Source: Methanocaldococcus villosus KIN24-T80
GTDB lineage: Archaea; AGJL01; Methanococci; Methanococcales; Methanocaldococcaceae
Assembly: GCF_000371805.1 (NCBI RefSeq)
Contig: NZ_AQUK01000001.1
Coordinates: 670,268-694,267 of the forward strand
DNA: 24,000 nucleotides
Direction: 5' to 3'
Shown here piece after piece: positions 13,147 to 20,437 of the stretch. A program made the position numbers and the translations under genes. The notes under the pieces are model-generated. The model had not been told where the DNA came from. It did not search any database and was given only the letters and a program-made list of their open reading frames with translations. Within the stretch, counting starts at the first letter, position 1. Every line of letters begins with the position of its first letter.

Positions 13147-13170
13147 GTCCCGATCCTTCCCGGATCGGGA

Positions 13171-13244
13171 ACGCATCTCAACTGCACCTTATAGGCTAGT
13201 AGTGTATATTGAATTGTTTTTAGGTTTAGAACAAATGATATTAT
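13171..13244 (-). promoter_or_regulatory. Probable rRNA operon promoter region (several TATA-like boxes; exact box not resolved)
   Basis: An AT-rich spacer lies between the tRNA-His oligo-T tract and the GC-rich 16S leader. The minus strand carries TTTTATAATAT, CAATATACAC and CCTATAAGG upstream of GAGATGCGU. Confidence 0.3.
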
Positions 13245-13261
13245 AAAAAAATAAAAAATAA
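13245..13261 (-). terminator. Oligo-T tract (TTATTTTTTATTTTTTT) directly after tRNA-His
   Basis: Two T-runs (T6 and T7) on the minus strand begin 2 nt after the tRNA-His 3' end. Confidence 0.45.
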
Positions 13262-13262
13262 G

Positions 13263-13335
13263 GGCCGGGACCGGGAATTGAACCCGGGTCAGGGGATCCA
13301 CAGTCCCCCAGGATGGCCACTACCCCACCCCGGCC
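13263..13335 (-). tRNA. tRNA-His (GUG) with genomically encoded G-1, no CCA
   Basis: G-GCCGGGGTGGGGTAGTGGCCATCCTGGGGGACTGTGGATCCCCTGACCCGGGTTCAATTCCCGGTCCCGGCC. The anticodon loop is CUGUGGA. The extra 5' G sits opposite discriminator C. Confidence 0.9.
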
Positions 13336-13347
13336 ACTACTAACTTA

Positions 13348-13435
13348 TGGTGCAGGGGGTGGGATTTGAACCCACGAACCCCTACGGGACCGGGTCCTAG
13401 GCCCGGCGCCTTTGGCCAGGCTTGGCGACCCCTGC
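13348..13435 (-). tRNA. tRNA-Leu (UAG), long variable arm, CCA encoded
   Basis: GCAGGGGTCGCCAAGCCTGGCCAAAGGCGCCGGGCCTAGGACCCGGTCCCGTAGGGGTTCGTGGGTTCAAATCCCACCCCCTGCACCA. The anticodon loop is CCUAGGA. Confidence 0.9.
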
Positions 13436-13473
13436 ACAGATGGAATTTTTGAATAAATAAACTTTATAAATAA

Positions 13474-13548
13474 TGCTCCGGCCGGGATTTGAACCCGGGT
13501 CGCGGGCTCGAAAGGCCCGCATGATTGGCCGGACTACACCACCGGAGC
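13474..13548 (-). tRNA. tRNA-Glu (UUC), no CCA
   Basis: GCTCCGGTGGTGTAGTCCGGCCAATCATGCGGGCCTTTCGAGCCCGCGACCCGGGTTCAAATCCCGGCCGGAGCA. The anticodon loop is CUUUCGA. Confidence 0.9.
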
Positions 13549-13559
13549 AATTAAAATAA

Positions 13560-13634
13560 TGGGCCCGGAGGGATTTGAACCCTCGGCCACTCGGTTATGA
13601 GCCGAGCGCTCTGACCAGGCTGAGCTACGGGCCC
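13560..13634 (-). tRNA. tRNA with CAU anticodon (elongator Met or Ile2-type; not initiator-like), no CCA
   Basis: GGGCCCGTAGCTCAGCCTGGTCAGAGCGCTCGGCTCATAACCGAGTGGCCGAGGGTTCAAATCCCTCCGGGCCCA. The anticodon loop is CUCAUAA. The G1:C72 pair argues against an archaeal initiator. Confidence 0.85.
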
Positions 13635-13663
13635 TATGAAAATAATGAAAAAAGAGTAAATAT

Positions 13664-13739
13664 TGGCGCCCCCAGCAGGATTCGAACCTGCGACCTACGG
13701 ATTAACAGTCCGTCGCTCTACCAGCTGAGCTATGGGGGC
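13664..13739 (-). tRNA. tRNA-Asn (GUU), CCA encoded
   Basis: GCCCCCATAGCTCAGCTGGTAGAGCGACGGACTGTTAATCCGTAGGTCGCAGGTTCGAATCCTGCTGGGGGCGCCA. The anticodon loop is CUGUUAA. Confidence 0.9.
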
Positions 13740-13747
13740 ACATGAAC

Positions 13748-13824
13748 TGGTGCCGCGGGGGAGATTTGAACTCCCGACAACTGGATCTTCAGTCCAGCGT
13801 TCTCCCGGGCTGAACTACCGCGGC
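13748..13824 (-). tRNA. tRNA-Phe (GAA), CCA encoded
   Basis: GCCGCGGTAGTTCAGCCCGGGAGAACGCTGGACTGAAGATCCAGTTGTCGGGAGTTCAAATCTCCCCCGCGGCACCA. The anticodon loop is CUGAAGA. Confidence 0.9.
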
Positions 13825-13859
13825 ACTACATCAGCATTATTCTTAAATAACATCACTAA

Positions 13860-13867
13860 TATATAAA
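13860..13867 (-). promoter_or_regulatory. TATA box (TTTATATA) for the tRNA cluster
   Basis: A consensus methanogen box-A sequence, TTTATATA, lies on the minus strand 36 nt upstream of the tRNA-Phe 5' end. This fits a short leader. Confidence 0.45.
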
Positions 13868-13971
13868 CTTTTCGGTAAGTTATATCTACAAATTTAAATT
13901 TAAAAATATAAAAAAATAAATAATATTATTTACTAATTATAATAATATTAAATAATAATTTGGTGAAGCAA

Positions 13972-15129
13972 ATGATAAACTTTAACTATGAAAATATTTT
14001 AAAATTAAATGAAATAGATATAAAATTTGATTATAAGGAATACTACAATAGATTTTTAAATAAATTGGAAAATACAGTAGGTTTTAGAAAGGCTATTTTT
14101 GAAGATATAAATAAATATAAAATAGAGAAAGCTGAAGATGTAGTAGTTATAGGTATGGGAGGATCAATATTAGGTACAGAGACAGTTTATTATGCATTAA
14201 AAGGCTATAATAAATTAAATAATGCATATTTCTTAGATAATACTGATCCTGAAAAAATTGTCAAAATAATAAATGAGATTAAAGATAAAGAACCTCTTAT
14301 ATATGTTGTTAGTAAATCAGGAAATACATTAGAAACTATAGTTAATTATAACTTAATAAAAAAAGAAGTTAAAGGAGATTATATATTCATAACTAATGGT
14401 GGTAAGCTTTTAGAAGAAGCTAAAGAAAAAGGATATTATATAATGAACATACCTGAAAATGTCCCTGGGAGGTATTCTATATTTACAGCTGTTGGGTTAG
14501 CTCCATTATATTCATTAAATGTCAATATAGATAGATTAATTAATGGTGCTAAATATATGGATAAAATATTTTTAGAAGAGGATTTTTATAAAAACTATCC
14601 TATCATAAATGCTATTATCCATTATCTTTATGAAAAGAGAGGTGTAGATATAGCTGTGCTAATGAGTTATGTTGAATCTTTATATCATTTTGGAGAATGG
14701 TTTAAACAATTGTTAGGGGAAAGTTTAGGTAAAGAGGGAAAAGGAATAACTCCTCTGTTATCTATAGGAGCTAAAGATCAACATTCACTTTTACAGCTAT
14801 ATATGGATGGAAAGAAAGATAAGATAATAACATTTTTAACTGTAGAGAAATATAGGGATGACATTGAAGTAGAGTATAATAATAAGATTTTTAAGCTTTC
14901 TGAAATTATAAAATATGAACAACTAGCAACAGAAAAAGCTTTAACTAATAATAAAGTTCCAAATGTAAAAATAACATTAGAAGAAGTAAAAGAAGAATGT
15001 TTGGGAGCTTTATTATATATGTATATGCTACAGATTGGATTTATGGGAGAGTTGTATAATATTAATGCATATAATCAGCCAGCAGTTGAGGAGGAGAAGA
15101 GAATATGTTTAGAGATGATGATGAAATAA
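13972..15129 (+). CDS. pgi: Glucose-6-phosphate isomerase
   Basis: PGI/SIS motifs IGMGGSILGTE, VVSKSGNTLET, PGRYSIFTAVGLAP, GESLGKEG and GAKDQHSLLQLYMDG. GGTGA at 13962-13966 lies 5 nt before ATG 13972; the track ORF starts at TTG 13960. Confidence 0.85.
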   Translation: MINFNYENILKLNEIDIKFDYKEYYNRFLNKLENTVGFRKAIFEDINKYKIEKAEDVVVIGMGGSILGTETVYYALKGYNKLNNAYFLDNTDPEKIVKIINEIKDKEPLIYVVSKSGNTLETIVNYNLIKKEVKGDYIFITNGGKLLEEAKEKGYYIMNIPENVPGRYSIFTAVGLAPLYSLNVNIDRLINGAKYMDKIFLEEDFYKNYPIINAIIHYLYEKRGVDIAVLMSYVESLYHFGEWFKQLLGESLGKEGKGITPLLSIGAKDQHSLLQLYMDGKKDKIITFLTVEKYRDDIEVEYNNKIFKLSEIIKYEQLATEKALTNNKVPNVKITLEEVKEECLGALLYMYMLQIGFMGELYNINAYNQPAVEEEKRICLEMMMK

Positions 15130-16535
15130 AAATTTTTTATGAAATAAAAGAGAAAATAGGAGAAAAAGAAGTTATTTCTCCAAAAGAAATGGCTATAATT
15201 GATGAAAATGCTGAATATTTAGGAATAAATAGATTAATGTTAATGGAAAATGCTGGTAGGGCTGTATATGAAGAAATAAAAGATAAAGAAGGAGAATTTA
15301 TAATATTTTGTGGTGTGGGGAATAATGGTGGAGATGGTTTTGTAGTAGCTAGGCACTTAAATAAAGCTACTGTAATACTATTGGGAAAAGAGGATGAAAT
15401 AAAAACATATGAAGCAAGAGAAAATTTTAAGATATTAAAAAATCTCTCAATTTTTGGAAATATAAAAATAAGAGAAATAAGGCATGTGAATGAGATATGT
15501 GATATCTTTGAAAGACTAAAAGAGGGGAAATATATTATTATAGATGCCATGCTTGGCACTGGGCAGAGAGGGGAGCTTAGAGAGCCATATAAGAGTGTTG
15601 TTAGTGAATTAAATAAATTAAAAGAGAGAAATAAAGAGTTATTTATTGTGAGTGTAGATGTTGAGACAGGAGATTTAAAAATTGATTTAACAGTGACTTT
15701 TCACAAGAAAAAGAATTTGAATAAAAATGCTATTATAAAAGATATAGGCATCCCAAAAGAAGCTGAATGGATAGTTGGATTTGGAGATATTAAGGCATTA
15801 AATTTAATAGAAAATAAACATAAAGGGAAAAATGGAAAAGTTTTAATAATTGGAGGTAGTAAAGACTATTTTGGAGCCCCAATATTAGCAGGATTGGCAG
15901 CTTTAAAAATTGTTGATATTGTTGGAATTCTCTCAGTGGATAAAGTTATTAGAAAGATAACTCATCCAGAGTTTATATTATATAGTTTAGAAGGAGATTA
16001 TGTTAATAATGTTGATTATGCCTTAGAAGTTGCTGATGGTTATGATGTTGTAGTAATTGGTAATGGTTTATCTGTTAATGAGAAAACTAAAGATTTTGTT
16101 AATGAGTTTATTAATAATTATGAAAAGAAATTAGTTATTGATGCTGATGCTATAAAAGTTATCAATTATCATAAATTTGATTTTAGGGAGGATGTTATAT
16201 TCACCCCCCATAAAAAAGAGTTTAACTACATAAAATTCTCTTCAATCCCAGAATCAACCATTTTATTAAAAGGAAAAAAGGATATAATATTCAATAGTAA
16301 AAATGTAAAGATAAATTTAACAGGGAATAAAGGTATGACTAAAGGAGGAACAGGAGATGTGTTGGCTGGTTTAACAGGAGCTATATTTGCTAAAAATGAT
16401 CCTTTTATATCTGCATGCTCTTCAGCATTTATAAATGGTTATGCAGCTGATCTTTTATTAAAAGAAAAAGGCAGTTATTATACACCTATAGACATTATTA
16501 ATAAAATTCCTAATGTATTAAGGCTGATAAAATGA
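15105..16535 (+). CDS. nnr: Bifunctional NAD(P)H-hydrate repair enzyme (YjeF_N epimerase plus ADP-dependent dehydratase)
   Basis: N-terminal domain motif CGVGNNGGDGFVVARHL. C-terminal carbohydrate-kinase-like domain with GGSKDYFGAPILAGLAALK, TPHKKEF and TKGGTGDVLAGLTGA. The start overlaps the pgi 3' end by 25 nt. Confidence 0.85.
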   Translation: MFRDDDEIKIFYEIKEKIGEKEVISPKEMAIIDENAEYLGINRLMLMENAGRAVYEEIKDKEGEFIIFCGVGNNGGDGFVVARHLNKATVILLGKEDEIKTYEARENFKILKNLSIFGNIKIREIRHVNEICDIFERLKEGKYIIIDAMLGTGQRGELREPYKSVVSELNKLKERNKELFIVSVDVETGDLKIDLTVTFHKKKNLNKNAIIKDIGIPKEAEWIVGFGDIKALNLIENKHKGKNGKVLIIGGSKDYFGAPILAGLAALKIVDIVGILSVDKVIRKITHPEFILYSLEGDYVNNVDYALEVADGYDVVVIGNGLSVNEKTKDFVNEFINNYEKKLVIDADAIKVINYHKFDFREDVIFTPHKKEFNYIKFSSIPESTILLKGKKDIIFNSKNVKINLTGNKGMTKGGTGDVLAGLTGAIFAKNDPFISACSSAFINGYAADLLLKEKGSYYTPIDIINKIPNVLRLIK

Positions 16536-17407
16536 AAGCTGATCTACATATTCATACAAAATACTCAGGCATATCTAAGTTTTGGAAATTGAAATTTCCA
16601 GATTCTGTTGAAGAGCCAAAAAACATTTTAAAAGTTGCTAAGAAAAAGAGAATTGATATAGTAGCTATAACTGATCACAATACCATTAGGGGAGGGCTGG
16701 AAACAAAAAAGATAGCTAAAGATTATGGAGTTGAAGTTATTGTTGGATCAGAAATTATGAGTAAGGATGGAGAGATCATTGGATTGTTTCTAAATGAGGA
16801 AATACCAAAAGGTCTTTCAGCTGAAGAAACCATAGAAAGAATAAAGGAGCAAGGAGGTTTAGCTATAGCTCCACATCCATATAGTCCAATATGTAAAGGT
16901 TTAGGGGATAAAATATTTTCATTAGATTTAGATGGTGTTGAAGTATTCAATGCTTACCATAGAGATGGAATAATAAACAATATAGCTTTAAGTAAAGTTA
17001 TTAAAAATTATCATAAAAAGAGATATGCTTTCATTGGAGGTAGTGATGCACATATAGCTATGATGGTGGGAAATGCTTACACACTATTTGAAGGAAATTC
17101 TGCAGATGATTTATATAAAGCTATAAAAAAGAAAGAAACAACATTTTCTGGAAACTTAACTCCACTATATCAAGCTATTCTATGGAGTTATAAAGTTGTG
17201 TTAAAATCTGAGAAAATGATTATCAGTTCTCTATTCTTTAATGGGAATGACTATATAAAATCTATAAAACTTTATAAGAAGCTATTGGCTATGTTTGGAG
17301 GATTTTTATATATTTTCACTCCTCTACCAATATTTTCAGGTTTTCTTGGAAATTATTATCTTAAGAGATTAGCTAAAAAGAAAATGAAAAATTATTTATT
17401 AGAGTAA
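16532..17407 (+). CDS. PHP-domain metal-dependent phosphoesterase with a C-terminal hydrophobic anchor
   Basis: PHP motifs ADLHIHTKYS, AITDHNT, APHPYS and GGSDAH. The C-terminal segment LLAMFGGFLYIFTPLPIFSGFLGNYYL looks transmembrane. The ATG overlaps the nnr stop (ATGA). Confidence 0.75.
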   Translation: MKADLHIHTKYSGISKFWKLKFPDSVEEPKNILKVAKKKRIDIVAITDHNTIRGGLETKKIAKDYGVEVIVGSEIMSKDGEIIGLFLNEEIPKGLSAEETIERIKEQGGLAIAPHPYSPICKGLGDKIFSLDLDGVEVFNAYHRDGIINNIALSKVIKNYHKKRYAFIGGSDAHIAMMVGNAYTLFEGNSADDLYKAIKKKETTFSGNLTPLYQAILWSYKVVLKSEKMIISSLFFNGNDYIKSIKLYKKLLAMFGGFLYIFTPLPIFSGFLGNYYLKRLAKKKMKNYLLE

Positions 17408-17446
17408 AATATTATAAAATAATAAACTTAAATTTTATGTGGTAAA

Positions 17447-18475
17447 ATGAAAATTTCTGTATATGGGGCGGGAAATCAAAGGTTATATATAGATAAGCTA
17501 AAACTTCATAAAAAATTTAATGGAAAACCCCCATATGGCGGAGCTAAGATAGCTATGGAGTTTGCTGAAGTAGGACATGATGTCATACTGTCTGAACCAA
17601 ATAGAAATGTTATGAAAGAGGAGTTATGGAAATGTGTTAAAGATGTAGGTGTAAAAGTGGTTAATGATGATATTGAAGCAGCTAAGCATGGAGAGGTTCA
17701 TATATTATTCACACCTTTTGGAAACCATACTATAAAAATAGCTGAGAAAATTGTTAGAAATGTCCCAAAAGATGCTATTATATGTACCACCTGTACCCTT
17801 TCTCCACTAGTTCTATACTACAGCTTAGAAAAGATCTTAAAATTTGAAAGGAGAGATGTTGGAATAAGTTCTATGCATCCTGCCTCTGTTCCAGGCACAG
17901 AATTGCATAAACATTATGTAATATCTGGAAAAACTTTAGATGGAAAAGAGTTGTGTAGAGAAGAGCAAATAAATAAGTTGGTGGAGCTTTGCAAGAGTGT
18001 AAATAAAAAACCCTACCTTATCCCCGCAGGAGTTTCCTCTGCTTTGGCGGATATGGGTTCTTTAGTAACAGCTGTTGCATTGGCAGGTATATTGGATTAC
18101 TATACAGTAGGTAGAAAAATAATAAATGCCCCTAAAAAGATGATTGAACATCAAGTTATGATGAGTTTATATGTTCTAGCTTCAATAGTAGAAACTTCTG
18201 GGATAGATGGGTTATTAAAGGCTATTGATCTTGATTTGCTAATTAATTCAGCCTCTTCTATGAAATTAATAGATGATCAAAAAGATTTATTATCAGCTTT
18301 AGAAATCCTTAAAAACTTAAAAAATGATATTTTAGAAGAAAGTAAAAATGCTGAATTAAAAGAAACTTGTTTTGTAGCCTCACAGTCATTAGTTAAAGAG
18401 ATAAAGTCACTTATAGGAGGAGCTGCTGCAGAAGGAGCTATAAAGAGGAGCACAATAAAACTATTTAAACAATAA
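17447..18475 (+). CDS. Hmd ([Fe]-hydrogenase) paralogue of the HmdII/HmdIII type
   Basis: It aligns by eye to Hmd-family blocks: MKISVYGAG, AIICTTCTLSP (against THACTIP, which holds the cofactor Cys), ISSMHPASVPGT (against TSYHPGCVPE) and ADMGSLVTAVALAGILDYYT (against CDMCSAVTATVYAGLLAYRD). The N-terminal region (FNGKPPYGGAKIAMEFAEVGHDV) is paralogue-like rather than Hmd-like. Confidence 0.8.
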   Translation: MKISVYGAGNQRLYIDKLKLHKKFNGKPPYGGAKIAMEFAEVGHDVILSEPNRNVMKEELWKCVKDVGVKVVNDDIEAAKHGEVHILFTPFGNHTIKIAEKIVRNVPKDAIICTTCTLSPLVLYYSLEKILKFERRDVGISSMHPASVPGTELHKHYVISGKTLDGKELCREEQINKLVELCKSVNKKPYLIPAGVSSALADMGSLVTAVALAGILDYYTVGRKIINAPKKMIEHQVMMSLYVLASIVETSGIDGLLKAIDLDLLINSASSMKLIDDQKDLLSALEILKNLKNDILEESKNAELKETCFVASQSLVKEIKSLIGGAAAEGAIKRSTIKLFKQ

Positions 18476-18495
18476 AAAACTTGGAGGGGGTATTA

Positions 18496-18843
18496 TTGAT
18501 AGATAGAGTTCTATTAGAGTTAAATAAAACTGAAGGTATAAAAGGTAGTTTAGTTGTAGGTAAGGATGGTTTGATAATAGCTTCACAGCTGTCAGGAAAT
18601 ATTGATGCAGAGTTGGTAGGGGCTATGGTTTCAGCTGCTTATGGAGCTGCTGAAAGGACAGCATCAGAAATAGGTATTGGAAAATTGGAACAGATAATGG
18701 TTGAGAGTGAGCATGGAAAAATACTAGCTTATGATGCTAATGAGGCTATTTTGGCTATATTAACAGAACCAAAAGTTAATTTAGGGTTGGTAAGAATTGT
18801 TGCAAAAAAGGCAAGAGATAAAATAAAGACTATGCTAGAGTAG
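18496..18843 (+). CDS. Roadblock/LC7 (MglB-like) domain protein
   Basis: Small protein with [21 protein letters not shown]...[10 protein letters not shown]...[15 protein letters not shown], the typical Roadblock/LC7 pattern. GGAGGGGG lies 5 nt before in-frame TTG 18496; the track start is TTG 18481. Confidence 0.7.
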   Translation: MIDRVLLELNKTEGIKGSLVVGKDGLIIASQLSGNIDAELVGAMVSAAYGAAERTASEIGIGKLEQIMVESEHGKILAYDANEAILAILTEPKVNLGLVRIVAKKARDKIKTMLE

Positions 18844-19720
18844 TGATTATATAATTAATTACATCCTCTTCCAATTCTTTATAATCAATTTTTTTTGTTT
18901 CAAAAACTATCCCTTTTTTTAATAGCCTATTATAATTTGGACATATAGTTGTAAGACTTTTAAAATTGTCTAACATAATTTTACTGTTTATTTCTTTAGC
19001 CTTTTCTTTTGGATTATCACATTCTATAAATATTGATAATCCTTCATGCTCTTTAAAATAACAATCAATTTCCTTTTTTATTTTATAATTAGCTTTAATA
19101 TATGTTTTATAAACCTTTTCAGCATCTATTAGCTCTTCTTTTAATAATCCAAAATAATTTATAGTTTTATATGTTTTAGCAATTTCTTTTATTTTTTCCA
19201 GATCTAAATTGGAGTTTTTAGCAATACCTAAAAAACCTCCATAGCCACAGTTTAATATCTTAGGAGATCCTGTAGAGCAGATAATTACATCTCCATAACC
19301 ACAATCTCCACCAATCTTACCTGATATATCTTCTATGAAAAGGATTTCATTCTCATTGCAAATCTTCCTTATCTCTTTTAAAGGCTGTTCTGCTAGATAT
19401 CCAGCTAGTGAAGTTACCAACAGAGCCCCTCCTTTTATTTTAGACAATATATCTAAATCTATAATTCCAAAGTTGGTTTTTAAAATTTCAAAACTTTTAT
19501 TTAATACCTTTGGGTATTTTAGAAATCCTTCCCATCCTCCCATATCAGGAATGTAAAATTTATCAGCTAAAAACATTGAAAGAAAAACGCCTGAGCTACC
19601 TGATGGCAAGAAAATAATATCATATTCGTTATTTAATAAATGATTTATAATCCTTATAACTTCTCTCTTATCTCCTTCTTTATTTGCTAACCTAACTCTT
19701 CTATATCTTAAAATCAACAT
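18830..19720 (-). CDS. Short fold-type-I PLP-dependent enzyme, DegT/DnrJ/EryC1-like (function unknown)
   Basis: The pattern [11 protein letters not shown] ... [38 protein letters not shown] resembles the DegT-family xEDxAxxxG...G..fSFxxxKxxxxGeGG block, with a candidate PLP lysine. The start is ambiguous: TTG 19729, ATG 19720, or TTG 19717 (4 nt after GGTGA). The 3' end overlaps the Roadblock gene by 14 nt. Confidence 0.45.
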   Translation of the reverse strand: MLILRYRRVRLANKEGDKREVIRIINHLLNNEYDIIFLPSGSSGVFLSMFLADKFYIPDMGGWEGFLKYPKVLNKSFEILKTNFGIIDLDILSKIKGGALLVTSLAGYLAEQPLKEIRKICNENEILFIEDISGKIGGDCGYGDVIICSTGSPKILNCGYGGFLGIAKNSNLDLEKIKEIAKTYKTINYFGLLKEELIDAEKVYKTYIKANYKIKKEIDCYFKEHEGLSIFIECDNPKEKAKEINSKIMLDNFKSLTTICPNYNRLLKKGIVFETKKIDYKELEEDVINYIITTLA

Positions 19721-19786
19721 ATCACCCAAAACATTTAAATAGCTGTTAAGTTTTATAATTAAGGCAAAACTTTTATATTGATAACT

Positions 19787-20293
19787 ATGAGATTATTTAT
19801 TTATCATGCAAATCAATGTAATCCAAAAAAATGCACATCTCTAAAAATGGCTAAATTAGGAAAAGCTATTATAATAAAAAATCCATATAAGATTCCAAAA
19901 AATTCTTTAATTTTAAATCCATTTGCAGAAAAAGCCATTTCTTCGGAGGACAGAGATATTATTGAAAAATTTGGGATAACTGCTTTTGACTGTTCATGGA
20001 AAGAAGCTGAGAGTATTTTTAAAAAATTCAGGTTTAAAAATGAAAGAGCTTTGCCATTTTTAATAGCTGCAAATCCTATAAATTATGGAAAACCTTTTAT
20101 GTTATCTACTTTAGAAGCATTTATTGCATCTCTTTATATAGTAAATCTTAAAAATGAGGCTTATGAATTAACAAAGTGTTTTAAGTGGGCAGAAACATTT
20201 ATAAATATTAACTATGAACTATTAGAAAGATACTCAAAAGCTAAAAATTCAAAAGAGATTGTGGAAATACAAAAAGAATATATGGTGAGATAA
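19787..20293 (+). CDS. tsr3: 16S rRNA aminocarboxypropyltransferase Tsr3 (COG2042 / DUF367)
   Basis: Motifs [18 protein letters not shown] and [27 protein letters not shown]. There is no SD. A TATA-like TTTTATAATT ends 26 nt upstream of ATG 19787, suggesting a leaderless mRNA. The track start is TTG 19778. Confidence 0.8.
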   Translation: MRLFIYHANQCNPKKCTSLKMAKLGKAIIIKNPYKIPKNSLILNPFAEKAISSEDRDIIEKFGITAFDCSWKEAESIFKKFRFKNERALPFLIAANPINYGKPFMLSTLEAFIASLYIVNLKNEAYELTKCFKWAETFININYELLERYSKAKNSKEIVEIQKEYMVR

Positions 20294-20436
20294 TGCCTTT
20301 TGAGGAAGCAATAAAAAGGATATTTAATAAAAAAATATGTATGAGATGTAATGCAAGAAATCCATGGAGAGCAGAAAAATGTAGAAAGTGTGGATATACA
20401 AAACTTAGACCAAAAGCAAAAGAGCCAAGAGGATAA
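20293..20436 (+). CDS. rpl40e: 50S ribosomal protein L40e (47 aa; absent from the ORF track)
   Basis: My translation is [47 protein letters not shown]. It has the CxxC...CxxC zinc ribbon and the conserved ICMRCNARN / CRKCGY / LRPKAKE blocks of archaeal L40e. The ATG overlaps the tsr3 stop (TAATG). Confidence 0.9.
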   Translation: MPFEEAIKRIFNKKICMRCNARNPWRAEKCRKCGYTKLRPKAKEPRG

Positions 20437-20437
20437 A

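Noticed and set aside
13830-13971. AT-rich 140-bp spacer with AAATTTAAATTTAAAAATATAAAAAAATAAATAATATTATT low-complexity repeats
   Set aside because: This is most simply the divergent promoter region for the tRNA cluster (minus) and pgi (plus). The apparent repeats are the kind of low-complexity A/T runs I would expect in intergenic DNA this AT-rich, not a structured repeat family.
15112-15124. ATGATGATGA resembling a C/D-box sRNA box C
   Set aside because: It lies inside the pgi/nnr coding overlap, and no CUGA box D or terminal pairing appears at the expected 45-65 nt distance.
17447-18475. Calling this gene the genuine H2-forming methylene-H4MPT dehydrogenase (hmd)
   Set aside because: The N-terminal third diverges from the Hmd pattern I recall (AGCYRTHAAAGITNF...) and matches the paralogue type (GNQxLYIxKLxLxxKFxGxPPYGG). 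It is therefore annotated only as an HmdII/III-type paralogue.
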